Below are positions 36,753 through 52,379 of a stretch of 64,000 bases of DNA, piece by piece; positions within the stretch are counted from its first letter, which is position 1; each line of letters opens with the position of its first letter. The stretch is from the NCBI GenBank assembly GCA_964016885.1, contig OZ024753.1:47182001-47246000 (forward strand), given 5' to 3'. The notes beneath the pieces were generated by a model. That model saw only the letters and a program-made list of their open reading frames with translations, was not told the DNA's origin and did not search any database. Source of the stretch: Eledone cirrhosa. Lineage: Eukaryota. A program made the translations under genes and the position numbers.

Positions 36753-37707
36753 ATGTATATATATGTATGTATATATTTGTCCTGGGTATGACATTAAACT
36801 ACATCCAGTGGCAAGGCTCAAGTTCAGGAGGAACTGTGGGGAACATGGAGTTACCCCCTTAGTTGTCATAACTCCCAGGTCTGCTCTGGCCTGGTGTAGT
36901 AGTACCTGTTGGGGCCCCATTTATAGGTTAAATAATAAGATGACAGATCGGCGTACCCTATCAAAGGCCTTCTCTAGGTCAACAAAGGCTAAGTATAGTG
37001 GCTTATTTTTCTCTAAGAACCTCTCTTGTAATTGTCTCATCAAGAAGAGGGCATCTGTTGTACTATTCCCAGGCACAAAACCAAACTGCATCTCATCTAG
37101 TTTGACCCTTTCTCTAATTAGTTGTGCTAATATCCTTTCTGCCACTTTCATAACCTGATCCATCAGTTTTATATCCCTATAATTTCTCCTCTCAAGAGCG
37201 TCCCCTTTACTTTTGCACTAGTCTTTGGGTATGGCACTGCCATATATAGCCTGATTGATGATGTGTGCAACCAGTTTAGTGCCTACGTCCCCTGAGGCCT
37301 TCAGCATCTCAGCAACTATCTCCGATGGTCCAGCAGCCTCACCATTTTTCATTTCCTTAATCGCCTCTTGGACCCTATATTCGTTAATCTCAATAGCTGG
37401 TCCCTCTGTCTGATCTACTGAGGGTAATTTCTCTCTCTCCCATATATATATATATATCTTGAAAGATTTGTAAATGTCTGAGAGATTGGCTAAATGTTTT
37501 ACAGTGTACTGTGCCACTAAACTGCACCATACTAAATTACACTACACTGCACTGCACTGCACTGCACTGCACTGCACTGCACTGCACTGTTCACTCTAAC
37601 GCTAGTGTATTGTGTTTTGCAGGTATGACCAGTAAGAGCGAGGAAGTTATTTCAAAGGATTTTCGTAATTAAACACTTTTTTTACCATTATTTTAAGGTA
37701 TTATGTC

Positions 37708-37744
<37 letters not shown>

Positions 37745-40375
37745 GGACCTCTTGATAAGACGAAATGACCTGTATAATTTTTTTTCATATTTAGATGGAA
37801 TAGAAGAAAAAGAAGAGAAATGAAAGCAATGAAATTAAGTTTTAGAGAAAATATACGCCAACGACAATGGAGGTATGATTTCAGTTTAATCTTAACCTAA
37901 TGACCACTTTACAGAGTGTACTGGGTGTGTTTTACCTCGCTATGTTTACTGTAAACCCTAGATAACGAATGCCTTGTTGAGTGTTGTGAATTGTGAACGT
38001 GAGGTTGTGTTGTGGGGTTGCTTGGTGAGATTGCATAAGAAGGGTGTTGTGAGTTTGCATTATGATGTAGCTTTGTGAGGCTTTGTTGTGAATTGATAAA
38101 TATTTGAAAACACACCTCTGTCCCCTCAACAGTCAGTCAGTCATTTTCTACTAAAACTCATTGATGCGAGTCCCTAGCATTGTATCTGTAAGTACATTAT
38201 GACTATTTTCTCTTGGTGGACTTGACATTCAAAGATATTTGTATATATTTTGTTGATGTTGTTTGTTAGTTAGGAAATTGCTTAAAAGCTACTTTGATCA
38301 CAGCACTTTGTAAAGGCAACATATGTTTAAGATTCTTTTTTCTTTTATTTTTGTTATTCAGATGACAGAGAAGGCAAAGAAAGGCACAGAAGAAAAGAAC
38401 AATGACGATTATTATTATTATTATTACTATTATTATTTGTTTTATTATAATCAAAATATGCTGTTAGTTTGCCTGCTATCCCACTACGTGCCTGCTATCG
38501 CACTCGATCTTTTGTGTACGTTTTATATAATTTATGCCAGTTCCGTTTCTGCATATCGAACATGGCCATTTCCCTGACGGAATAGAGTTTTGTCCTCTTT
38601 TCTACTCATCAACACTCATTCGTGACACAAAGTACAGCGGCATCATTGCGGACAGACTTAATCCCGATTTGCACTGACACACTGCCTTGCAGTACGGAAC
38701 AGCGCACGTCGTCGAGCAGCCTCCTTGCATGCTAAGTACACCTGACATCTAGCTTCTCTCTTAGCGGCTGTATATTCTTCTCTACTCGCACTAATTTTGC
38801 AAGCATTCCATGCTAGTCTTTAGTCTCCAATGGCCCGATCTACCGTGCTGTCCCACCACCATGTCACTCACTGTCTGGTTGGAACTCTGATCCAGCCTCA
38901 AGTTTCATCAGTAACCTGCAGTAAGGTATCGCATAAGAAATTCCAGTTATCATCTATGTTGTACGACTCTAAATCGTCTTCTTTTTCATCATACACATAT
39001 TGAAGGGCTTTCCTAAATTTGTATTTTAGTGAGAGCTCTTTTAGCTTCCAGACCTTTCTTTTTTCCACACCTTCCTGTATGTCTCATTCAGTCTCTTGCT
39101 TGGGGTACATTCTTCCCCGGGGTATGCCTTTGTATTTGACACCATCTGCCTGTCCCGCTGCCTAACTAGCAAGAAGTCAATCTGGCTTATGTGCTTGCCT
39201 GATTTGTAGGTTATTAGGTGGTTGGCAGATTTGTGTAAGTTAGTGTTGTAGATGGTTAGTGCAATTGCATCGCAAAATTCAAGAAGTTTCACTGCTTCAT
39301 TTCTTAAGCCGTAAGTGTGCCCAACATGTACCTCAGTGTAACCATCGTAGAGCTGTCCAACATGACCATTGAAATCCCCTGCTAGCATAACGATGTCTCC
39401 GTCCTGTCATTGTGGCTGTTTGTAAAAATTGCTTGTAAATGCAGAATTTCTTGTCTTTACCTAGCAGCAGTTTCTTGCTCTCAATTAACCCTAAAACTAG
39501 CCGTAACGCTAACAGTAACACTAACCGTAACACTAACTTATGCAGGCCTAGGTAAAGACGAGAAAGATAAAACAAGGAGTGATGCTATTTGAATTTTGTG
39601 ATGCAAGTGTTTTAACCATTTGCAAAACCAACTTCCGCAAACCTGCCAACTGCCTAATAACCTACAAATTAGGCAAGCACAGAAGCCGGATTTCTCGGTA
39701 GTTAGGCAGCGAGACAGACAGATGGTGTGAAGTACCAGGGTGTGCCCCGGGGAGGACTGTTTCCCACAGCGTGGGTTGGTTGTTGGTGATGTCTCGGTGA
39801 TCCTGAGACGGAGTGAGGAGGGTGTTTATAGGTAAATAGATAGACTGATGCACAGATATCTGGATAGATTGATAGAGAGATAGATATATAGAGAGCATCA
39901 TTATCATCGTCTGTTCATCATTTTACGTCCGCTTTTCCCTGCTTGAAAGGGTGGGACAGGTCCTCTTGAGCAAAGCATCTCTTCACTTGTCACGGTCCTT
40001 CGTCATCTCCTTGGTGAGTTTCAGCGATCTGAAGTCGGCTCTCACCACCTCCACCCATGTTTTTCGTGGTCTTCCTCTACTGCGTCTCCCTTCTTTACCC
40101 AGCGCTCAACCTCCATGCGCATCACATGTCCATACCATCTCAGTCCTCTCTTGCACACCACAACTTATCCCTCTTAAACACAGTTTCTCTCTCAACTCGT
40201 TTATGCTTGGTCGTTCCCGCACATTGACATTGCACATCCAACGGAGCGTGCTTGCTTCATTTCTCTCCAGCCATCGCATACCCTCTGCAGTTGCTGTCCA
40301 TGTTTCACTACCATGCAGGGTCGCACATCTCGCATAGGCATCATGTAACCACACTTTCGTACGCATATATATATT

Positions 40376-40414
<39 letters not shown>

Positions 40415-41369
40415 ATGTATATATATGTATGTATATATTTGTCCTGGGTATGACATTAAACTACATCCAGTGGCAAGGCTCAAGTTCAGGAGGAACTGTG
40501 GGGAACATGGAGTTACCCCCTTAGTTGTCATAACTCCCAGGTCTGCTCTGGCCTGGTGTAGTAGTACCTGTTGGGGCCCCATTTATAGGTTAAATAATAA
40601 GATGACAGATCGGCGTACCCTATCAAAGGCCTTCTCTAGGTCAACAAAGGCTAAGTATAGTGGCTTATTTTTCTCTAAGAACCTCTCTTGTAATTGTCTC
40701 ATCAAGAAGAGGGCATCTGTTGTACTATTCCCAGGCACAAAACCAAACTGCATCTCATCTAGTTTGACCCTTTCTCTAATTAGTTGTGCTAATATCCTTT
40801 CTGCCACTTTCATAACCTGATCCATCAGTTTTATATCCCTATAATTTCTCCTCTCAAGAGCGTCCCCTTTACTTTTGCACTAGTCTTTGGGTATGGCACT
40901 GCCATATATAGCCTGATTGATGATGTGTGCAACCAGTTTAGTGCCTACGTCCCCTGAGGCCTTCAGCATCTCAGCAACTATCTCCGATGGTCCAGCAGCC
41001 TCACCATTTTTCATTTCCTTAATCGCCTCTTGGACCCTATATTCGTTAATCTCAATAGCTGGTCCCTCTGTCTGATCTACTGAGGGTAATTTCTCTCTCT
41101 CCCATATATATATATATATCTTGAAAGATTTGTAAATGTCTGAGAGATTGGCTAAATGTTTTACAGTGTACTGTGCCACTAAACTGCACCATACTAAATT
41201 ACACTACACTGCACTGCACTGCACTGCACTGCACTGCACTGCACTGCACTGTTCACTCTAACGCTAGTGTATTGTGTTTTGCAGGTATGACCAGTAAGAG
41301 CGAGGAAGTTATTTCAAAGGATTTTCGTAATTAAACACTTTTTTTACCATTATTTTAAGGTATTATGTC

Positions 41370-41407
<38 letters not shown>

Positions 41408-44038
41408 GGACCTCTTGATAAGACGAAATGACCTGTATAATTTTTTTTCATATTTAGATGGAATAGAAGAAAAAGAAGAGAAATGAAAGCAATGAAATTA
41501 AGTTTTAGAGAAAATATACGCCAACGACAATGGAGGTATGATTTCAGTTTAATCTTAACCTAATGACCACTTTACAGAGTGTACTGGGTGTGTTTTACCT
41601 CGCTATGTTTACTGTAAACCCTAGATAACGAATGCCTTGTTGAGTGTTGTGAATTGTGAACGTGAGGTTGTGTTGTGGGGTTGCTTGGTGAGATTGCATA
41701 AGAAGGGTGTTGTGAGTTTGCATTATGATGTAGCTTTGTGAGGCTTTGTTGTGAATTGATAAATATTTGAAAACACACCTCTGTCCCCTCAACAGTCAGT
41801 CAGTCATTTTCTACTAAAACTCATTGATGCGAGTCCCTAGCATTGTATCTGTAAGTACATTATGACTATTTTCTCTTGGTGGACTTGACATTCAAAGATA
41901 TTTGTATATATTTTGTTGATGTTGTTTGTTAGTTAGGAAATTGCTTAAAAGCTACTTTGATCACAGCACTTTGTAAAGGCAACATATGTTTAAGATTCTT
42001 TTTTCTTTTATTTTTGTTATTCAGATGACAGAGAAGGCAAAGAAAGGCACAGAAGAAAAGAACAATGACGATTATTATTATTATTATTACTATTATTATT
42101 TGTTTTATTATAATCAAAATATGCTGTTAGTTTGCCTGCTATCCCACTACGTGCCTGCTATCGCACTCGATCTTTTGTGTACGTTTTATATAATTTATGC
42201 CAGTTCCGTTTCTGCATATCGAACATGGCCATTTCCCTGACGGAATAGAGTTTTGTCCTCTTTTCTACTCATCAACACTCATTCGTGACACAAAGTACAG
42301 CGGCATCATTGCGGACAGACTTAATCCCGATTTGCACTGACACACTGCCTTGCAGTACGGAACAGCGCACGTCGTCGAGCAGCCTCCTTGCATGCTAAGT
42401 ACACCTGACATCTAGCTTCTCTCTTAGCGGCTGTATATTCTTCTCTACTCGCACTAATTTTGCAAGCATTCCATGCTAGTCTTTAGTCTCCAATGGCCCG
42501 ATCTACCGTGCTGTCCCACCACCATGTCACTCACTGTCTGGTTGGAACTCTGATCCAGCCACAAGTTTCATCAGTAACCTGCAGTAAGGTATCGCATAAG
42601 AAATTCCAGTTATCATCTATGTTGTACGACTCTAAATCGTCTTCTTTTTCATCATACACATATTGAAGGGCTTTCCTAAATTTGTATTTTAGTGAGAGCT
42701 CTTTTAGCTTCCAGACCTTTCTTTTTTCCACACCTTCCTGTATGTCTCATTCAGTCTCTTGCTTGGGGTACATTCTTCCCCGGGGTATGCCTTTGTATTT
42801 GACACCATCTGCCTGTCCCGCTGCCTAACTAGCAAGAAGTCAATCTGGCTTATGTGCTTGCCTGATTTGTAGGTTATTAGGTGGTTGGCAGATTTGTGTA
42901 AGTTAGTGTTGTAGATGGTTAGTGCAATTGCATCGCAAAATTCAAGAAGTTTCACTGCTTCATTTCTTAAGCCGTAAGTGTGCCCAACATGTACCTCAGT
43001 GTAACCATCGTAGAGCTGTCCAACATGACCATTGAAATCCCCTGCTAGCATAACGATGTCTCCGTCCTGTCATTGTGGCTGTTTGTAAAAATTGCTTGTA
43101 AATGCAGAATTTCTTGTCTTTACCTAGCAGCAGTTTCTTGCTCTCAATTAACCCTAAAACTAGCCGTAACGCTAACAGTAACACTAACCGTAACACTAAC
43201 TTATGCAGGCCTAGGTAAAGACGAGAAAGATAAAACAAGGAGTGATGCTATTTGAATTTTGTGATGCAAGTGTTTTAACCATTTGCAAAACCAACTTCCG
43301 CAAACCTGCCAACTGCCTAATAACCTACAAATTAGGCAAGCACAGAAGCCGGATTTCTCGGTAGTTAGGCAGCGAGACAGACAGATGGTGTGAAGTACCA
43401 GGGTGTGCCCCGGGGAGGACTGTTTCCCACAGCGTGGGTTGGTTGTTGGTGATGTCTCGGTGATCCTGAGACGGAGTGAGGAGGGTGTTTATAGGTAAAT
43501 AGATAGACTGATGCACAGATATCTGGATAGATTGATAGAGAGATAGATATATAGAGAGCATCATTATCATCGTCTGTTCATCATTTTACGTCCGCTTTTC
43601 CCTGCTTGAAAGGGTGGGACAGGTCCTCTTGAGCAAAGCATCTCTTCACTTGTCACGGTCCTTCGTCATCTCCTTGGTGAGTTTCAGCGATCTGAAGTCG
43701 GCTCTCACCACCTCCACCCATGTTTTTCGTGGTCTTCCTCTACTGCGTCTCCCTTCTTTACCCAGCGCTCAACCTCCATGCGCATCACATGTCCATACCA
43801 TCTCAGTCCTCTCTTGCACACCACAACTTATCCCTCTTAAACACAGTTTCTCTCTCAACTCGTTTATGCTTGGTCGTTCCCGCACATTGACATTGCACAT
43901 CCAACGGAGCGTGCTTGCTTCATTTCTCTCCAGCCATCGCATACCCTCTGCAGTTGCTGTCCATGTTTCACTACCATGCAGGGTCGCACATCTCGCATAG
44001 GCATCATGTAACCACACTTTCGTACGCATATATATATT

Positions 44039-44079
<41 letters not shown>

Positions 44080-45034
44080 ATGTATATATATGTATGTATA
44101 TATTTGTCCTGGGTATGACATTAAACTACATCCAGTGGCAAGGCTCAAGTTCAGGAGGAACTGTGGGGAACATGGAGTTACCCCCTTAGTTGTCATAACT
44201 CCCAGGTCTGCTCTGGCCTGGTGTAGTAGTACCTGTTGGGGCCCCATTTATAGGTTAAATAATAAGATGACAGATCGGCGTACCCTATCAAAGGCCTTCT
44301 CTAGGTCAACAAAGGCTAAGTATAGTGGCTTATTTTTCTCTAAGAACCTCTCTTGTAATTGTCTCATCAAGAAGAGGGCATCTGTTGTACTATTCCCAGG
44401 CACAAAACCAAACTGCATCTCATCTAGTTTGACCCTTTCTCTAATTAGTTGTGCTAATATCCTTTCTGCCACTTTCATAACCTGATCCATCAGTTTTATA
44501 TCCCTATAATTTCTCCTCTCAAGAGCATCCCCTTTACTTTTGCACTAGTCTTTGGGTATGGCACTGCCATATATAGCCTGATTGATGATGTGTGCAACCA
44601 GTTTAGTGCCTACGTCCCCTGAGGCCTTCAGCATCTCAGCAACTATCTCCGATGGTCCAGCAGCCTCACCATTTTTCATTTCCTTAATCGCCTCTTGGAC
44701 CCTATATTCGTTAATCTCAATAGCTGGTCCCTCTGTCTGATCTACTGAGGGTAATTTCTCTCTCTCCCATATATATATATATATCTTGAAAGATTTGTAA
44801 ATGTCTGAGAGATTGGCTAAATGTTTTACAGTGTACTGTGCCACTAAACTGCACCATACTAAATTACACTACACTGCACTGCACTGCACTGCACTGCACT
44901 GCACTGCACTGCACTGTTCACTCTAACGCTAGTGTATTGTGTTTTGCAGGTATGACCAGTAAGAGCGAGGAAGTTATTTCAAAGGATTTTCGTAATTAAA
45001 CACTTTTTTTACCATTATTTTAAGGTATTATGTC

Positions 45035-45074
<40 letters not shown>

Positions 45075-47683
45075 GGACCTCTTGATAAGACGAAATGACC
45101 TGTATAATTTTTTTTCATATTTAGATGGAATAGAAGAAAAAGAAGAGAAATGAAAGCAATGAAATTAAGTTTTAGAGAAAATATACGCCAACGACAATGG
45201 AGGTATGATTTCAGTTTAATCTTAACCTAATGACCACTTTACAGAGTGTACTGGGTGTGTTTTACCTCGCTATGTTTACTGTAAACCCTAGATAACGAAT
45301 GCCTTGTTGAGTGTTGTGAATTGTGAACGTGAGGTTGTGTTGTGGGGTTGCTTGGTGAGATTGCATAAGAAGGGTGTTGTGAGTTTGCATTATGATGTAG
45401 CTTTGTGAGGCTTTGTTGTGAATTGATAAATATTTGAAAACACACCTCTGTCCCCTCAACAGTCAGTCAGTCATTTTCTACTAAAACTCATTGATGCGAG
45501 TCCCTAGCATTGTATCTGTAAGTACATTATGACTATTTTCTCTTGGTGGACTTGACATTCAAAGATATTTGTATATATTTTGTTGATGTTGTTTGTTAGT
45601 TAGGAAATTGCTTAAAAGCTACTTTGATCACAGCACTTTGTAAAGGCAACATATGTTTAAGATTCTTTTTTCTTTTATTTTTGTTATTCAGATGACAGAG
45701 AAGGCAAAGAAAGGCACAGAAGAAAAGAACAATGACGATTATTATTATTATTATTACTATTATTATTTGTTTTATTATAATCAAAATATGCTGTTAGTTT
45801 GCCTGCTATCCCACTACGTGCCTGCTATCGCACTCGATCTTTTGTGTACGTTTTATATAATTTATGCCAGTTCCGTTTCTGCATATCGAACATGGCCATT
45901 TCCCTGACGGAATAGAGTTTTGTCCTCTTTTCTACTCATCAACACTCATTCGTGACACAAAGTACAGCGGCATCATTGCGGACAGACTTAATCCCGATTT
46001 GCACTGACACACTGCCTTGCAGTACGGAACAGCGCACGTCGTCGAGCAGCCTCCTTGCATGCTAAGTACACCTGACATCTAGCTTCTCTCTTAGCGGCTG
46101 TATATTCTTCTCTACTCGCACTAATTTTGCAAGCATTCCATGCTAGTCTTTAGTCTCCAATGGCCCGATCTACCGTGCTGTCCCACCACCATGTCACTCA
46201 CTGTCTGGTTGGAACTCTGATCCAGCCACAAGTTTCATCAGTAACCTGCAGTAAGGTATCGCATAAGAAATTCCAGTTATCATCTATGTTGTACGACTCT
46301 AAATCGTCTTCTTTTTCATCATACACATATTGAAGGGCTTTCCTAAATTTGTATTTTAGTGAGAGCTCTTTTAGCTTCCAGACCTTTCTTTTTTCCACAC
46401 CTTCCTGTATGTCTCATTCAGTCTCTTGCTTGGGGTACATTCTTCCCCGGGGTATGCCTTTGTATTTGACACCATCTGCCTGTCCCGCTGCCTAACTAGC
46501 AAGAAGTCAATCTGGCTTATGTGCTTGCCTGATTTGTAGGTTATTAGGTGGTTGGCAGATTTGTGTAAGTTAGTGTTGTAGATGGTTAGTGCAATTGCAT
46601 CGCAAAATTCAAGAAGTTTCACTGCTTCATTTCTTAAGCCGTAAGTGTGCCCAACATGTACCTCAGTGTAACCATCGTAGAGCTGTCCAACATGACCATT
46701 GAAATCCCCTGCTAGCATAACGATGTCTCCGTCCTGTCATTGTGGCTGTTTGTAAAAATTTCTTGTCTTTACCTAGCAGCAGTTTCTTGCTCTCAATTAA
46801 CCCTAAAACTAGCCGTAACGCTAACAGTAACACTAACCGTAACACTAACTTATGCAGGCCTAGGTAAAGACGAGAAAGATAAAACAAGGAGTGATGCTAT
46901 TTGAATTTTGTGATGCAAGTGTTTTAACCATTTGCAAAACCAACTTCCGCAAACCTGCCAACTGCCTAATAACCTACAAATTAGGCAAGCACAGAAGCCG
47001 GATTTCTCGGTAGTTAGGCAGCGAGACAGACAGATGGTGTGAAGTACCAGGGTGTGCCCCGGGGAGGACTGTTTCCCACAGCGTGGGTTGGTTGTTGGTG
47101 ATGTCTCGGTGATCCTGAGACGGAGTGAGGAGGGTGTTTATAGGTAAATAGATAGACTGATGCATAGATATATAGATAGACTGATGCATAGATATATAGA
47201 GAGCATCATTATCATCGTCTGTTCATCATTTTACGTCCGCTTTTCCCTGCTTGAAAGGGTGGGACAGGTCCTCTTGAGCAAAGCATCTCTTCACTTGTCA
47301 CGGTCCTTCGTCATCTCCTTGGTGAGTTTCAGCGATCTGAAGTCGGCTCTCACCACCTCCACCCATGTTTTTCGTGGTCTTCCTCTACTGCGTCTCCCTT
47401 CTTTACCCAGCGCTCAACCTCCATGCGCATCACATGTCCATACCATCTCAGTCCTCTCTTGCACACCACAACTTATCCCTCTTAAACACAGTTTCTCTCT
47501 CAACTCGTTTATGCTTGGTCGTTCCCGCACATTGACATTGCACATCCAACGGAGCGTGCTTGCTTCATTTCTCTCCAGCCATCGCATACCCTCTGCAGTT
47601 GCTGTCCATGTTTCACTACCATGCAGGGTCGCACATCTCGCATAGGCATCATGTAACCACACTTTCGTACGCATATATATATT

Positions 47684-47722
<39 letters not shown>

Positions 47723-48677
47723 ATGTATATATATGTATGTATATATTTGTCCTGGGTATGACATTAAACTACATCCAGTGGCAAGGCTCAAGTTCAGGAG
47801 GAACTGTGGGGAACATGGAGTTACCCCCTTAGTTGTCATAACTCCCAGGTCTGCTCTGGCCTGGTGTAGTAGTACCTGTTGGGGCCCCATTTATAGGTTA
47901 AATAATAAGATGACAGATCGGCGTACCCTATCAAAGGCCTTCTCTAGGTCAACAAAGGCTAAGTATAGTGGCTTATTTTTCTCTAAGAACCTCTCTTGTA
48001 ATTGTCTCATCAAGAAGAGGGCATCTGTTGTACTATTCCCAGGCACAAAACCAAACTGCATCTCATCTAGTTTGACCCTTTCTCTAATTAGTTGTGCTAA
48101 TATCCTTTCTGCCACTTTCATAACCTGATCCATCAGTTTTATATCCCTATAATTTCTCCTCTCAAGAGCGTCCCCTTTACTTTTGCACTAGTCTTTGGGT
48201 ATGGCACTGCCATATATAGCCTGATTGATGATGTGTGCAACCAGTTTAGTGCCTACGTCCCCTGAGGCCTTCAGCATCTCAGCAACTATCTCCGATGGTC
48301 CAGCAGCCTCACCATTTTTCATTTCCTTAATCGCCTCTTGGACCCTATATTCGTTAATCTCAATAGCTGGTCCCTCTGTCTGATCTACTGAGGGTAATTT
48401 CTCTCTCTCCCATATATATATATATATCTTGAAAGATTTGTAAATGTCTGAGAGATTGGCTAAATGTTTTACAGTGTACTGTGCCACTAAACTGCACCAT
48501 ACTAAATTACACTACACTGCACTGCACTGCACTGCACTGCACTGCACTGCACTGCACTGTTCACTCTAACGCTAGTGTATTGTGTTTTGCAGGTATGACC
48601 AGTAAGAGCGAGGAAGTTATTTCAAAGGATTTTCGTAATTAAACACTTTTTTTACCATTATTTTAAGGTATTATGTC

Positions 48678-48714
<37 letters not shown>

Positions 48715-51345
48715 GGACCTCTTGATAAGACGAAATGACCTGTATAATTTTTTTTCATATTTAGATGGAATAGAAGAAAAAGAAGAGAAATGAAAGCAAT
48801 GAAATTAAGTTTTAGAGAAAATATACGCCAACGACAATGGAGGTATGATTTCAGTTTAATCTTAACCTAATGACCACTTTACAGAGTGTACTGGGTGTGT
48901 TTTACCTCGCTATGTTTACTGTAAACCCTAGATAACGAATGCCTTGTTGAGTGTTGTGAATTGTGAACGTGAGGTTGTGTTGTGGGGTTGCTTGGTGAGA
49001 TTGCATAAGAAGGGTGTTGTGAGTTTGCATTATGATGTAGCTTTGTGAGGCTTTGTTGTGAATTGATAAATATTTGAAAACACACCTCTGTCCCCTCAAC
49101 AGTCAGTCAGTCATTTTCTACTAAAACTCATTGATGCGAGTCCCTAGCATTGTATCTGTAAGTACATTATGACTATTTTCTCTTGGTGGACTTGACATTC
49201 AAAGATATTTGTATATATTTTGTTGATGTTGTTTGTTAGTTAGGAAATTGCTTAAAAGCTACTTTGATCACAGCACTTTGTAAAGGCAACATATGTTTAA
49301 GATTCTTTTTTCTTTTATTTTTGTTATTCAGATGACAGAGAAGGCAAAGAAAGGCACAGAAGAAAAGAACAATGACGATTATTATTATTATTATTACTAT
49401 TATTATTTGTTTTATTATAATCAAAATATGCTGTTAGTTTGCCTGCTATCCCACTACGTGCCTGCTATCGCACTCGATCTTTTGTGTACGTTTTATATAA
49501 TTTATGCCAGTTCCGTTTCTGCATATCGAACATGGCCATTTCCCTGACGGAATAGAGTTTTGTCCTCTTTTCTACTCATCAACACTCATTCGTGACACAA
49601 AGTACAGCGGCATCATTGCGGACAGACTTAATCCCGATTTGCACTGACACACTGCCTTGCAGTACGGAACAGCGCACGTCGTCGAGCAGCCTCCTTGCAT
49701 GCTAAGTACACCTGACATCTAGCTTCTCTCTTAGCGGCTGTATATTCTTCTCTACTCGCACTAATTTTGCAAGCATTCCATGCTAGTCTTTAGTCTCCAA
49801 TGGCCCGATCTACCGTGCTGTCCCACCACCATGTCACTCACTGTCTGGTTGGAACTCTGATCCAGCCACAAGTTTCATCAGTAACCTGCAGTAAGGTATC
49901 GCATAAGAAATTCCAGTTATCATCTATGTTGTACGACTCTAAATCGTCTTCTTTTTCATCATACACATATTGAAGGGCTTTCCTAAATTTGTATTTTAGT
50001 GAGAGCTCTTTTAGCTTCCAGACCTTTCTTTTTTCCACACCTTCCTGTATGTCTCATTCAGTCTCTTGCTTGGGGTACATTCTTCCCCGGGGTATGCCTT
50101 TGTATTTGACACCATCTGCCTGTCCCGCTGCCTAACTAGCAAGAAGTCAATCTGGCTTATGTGCTTGCCTGATTTGTAGGTTATTAGGTGGTTGGCAGAT
50201 TTGTGTAAGTTAGTGTTGTAGATGGTTAGTGCAATTGCATCGCAAAATTCAAGAAGTTTCACTGCTTCATTTCTTAAGCCGTAAGTGTGCCCAACATGTA
50301 CCTCAGTGTAACCATCGTAGAGCTGTCCAACATGACCATTGAAATCCCCTGCTAGCATAACGATGTCTCCGTCCTGTCATTGTGGCTGTTTGTAAAAATT
50401 GCTTGTAAATGCAGAATTTCTTGTCTTTACCTAGCAGCAGTTTCTTGCTCTCAATTAACCCTAAAACTAGCCGTAACGCTAACAGTAACACTAACCGTAA
50501 CACTAACTTATGCAGGCCTAGGTAAAGACGAGAAAGATAAAACAAGGAGTGATGCTATTTGAATTTTGTGATGCAAGTGTTTTAACCATTTGCAAAACCA
50601 ACTTCCGCAAACCTGCCAACTGCCTAATAACCTACAAATTAGGCAAGCACAGAAGCCGGATTTCTCGGTAGTTAGGCAGCGAGACAGACAGATGGTGTGA
50701 AGTACCAGGGTGTGCCCCGGGGAGGACTGTTTCCCACAGCGTGGGTTGGTTGTTGGTGATGTCTCGGTGATCCTGAGACGGAGTGAGGAGGGTGTTTATA
50801 GGTAAATAGATAGACTGATGCACAGATATCTGGATAGATTGATAGAGAGATAGATATATAGAGAGCATCATTATCATCGTCTGTTCATCATTTTACGTCC
50901 GCTTTTCCCTGCTTGAAAGGGTGGGACAGGTCCTCTTGAGCAAAGCATCTCTTCACTTGTCACGGTCCTTCGTCATCTCCTTGGTGAGTTTCAGCGATCT
51001 GAAGTCGGCTCTCACCACCTCCACCCATGTTTTTCGTGGTCTTCCTCTACTGCGTCTCCCTTCTTTACCCAGCGCTCAACCTCCATGCGCATCACATGTC
51101 CATACCATCTCAGTCCTCTCTTGCACACCACAACTTATCCCTCTTAAACACAGTTTCTCTCTCAACTCGTTTATGCTTGGTCGTTCCCGCACATTGACAT
51201 TGCACATCCAACGGAGCGTGCTTGCTTCATTTCTCTCCAGCCATCGCATACCCTCTGCAGTTGCTGTCCATGTTTCACTACCATGCAGGGTCGCACATCT
51301 CGCATAGGCATCATGTAACCACACTTTCGTACGCATATATATATT

Positions 51346-51386
<41 letters not shown>

Positions 51387-52341
51387 ATGTATATATATGT
51401 ATGTATATATTTGTCCTGGGTATGACATTAAACTACATCCAGTGGCAAGGCTCAAGTTCAGGAGGAACTGTGGGGAACATGGAGTTACCCCCTTAGTTGT
51501 CATAACTCCCAGGTCTGCTCTGGCCTGGTGTAGTAGTACCTGTTGGGGCCCCATTTATAGGTTAAATAATAAGATGACAGATCGGCGTACCCTATCAAAG
51601 GCCTTCTCTAGGTCAACAAAGGCTAAGTATAGTGGCTTATTTTTCTCTAAGAACCTCTCTTGTAATTGTCTCATCAAGAAGAGGGCATCTGTTGTACTAT
51701 TCCCAGGCACAAAACCAAACTGCATCTCATCTAGTTTGACCCTTTCTCTAATTAGTTGTGCTAATATCCTTTCTGCCACTTTCATAACCTGATCCATCAG
51801 TTTTATATCCCTATAATTTCTCCTCTCAAGAGCGTCCCCTTTACTTTTGCACTAGTCTTTGGGTATGGCACTGCCATATATAGCCTGATTGATGATGTGT
51901 GCAACCAGTTTAGTGCCTACGTCCCCTGAGGCCTTCAGCATCTCAGCAACTATCTCCGATGGTCCAGCAGCCTCACCATTTTTCATTTCCTTAATCGCCT
52001 CTTGGACCCTATATTCGTTAATCTCAATAGCTGGTCCCTCTGTCTGATCTACTGAGGGTAATTTCTCTCTCTCCCATATATATATATATATCTTGAAAGA
52101 TTTGTAAATGTCTGAGAGATTGGCTAAATGTTTTACAGTGTACTGTGCCACTAAACTGCACCATACTAAATTACACTACACTGCACTGCACTGCACTGCA
52201 CTGCACTGCACTGCACTGCACTGTTCACTCTAACGCTAGTGTATTGTGTTTTGCAGGTATGACCAGTAAGAGCGAGGAAGTTATTTCAAAGGATTTTCGT
52301 AATTAAACACTTTTTTTACCATTATTTTAAGGTATTATGTC

Positions 52342-52379
<38 letters not shown>

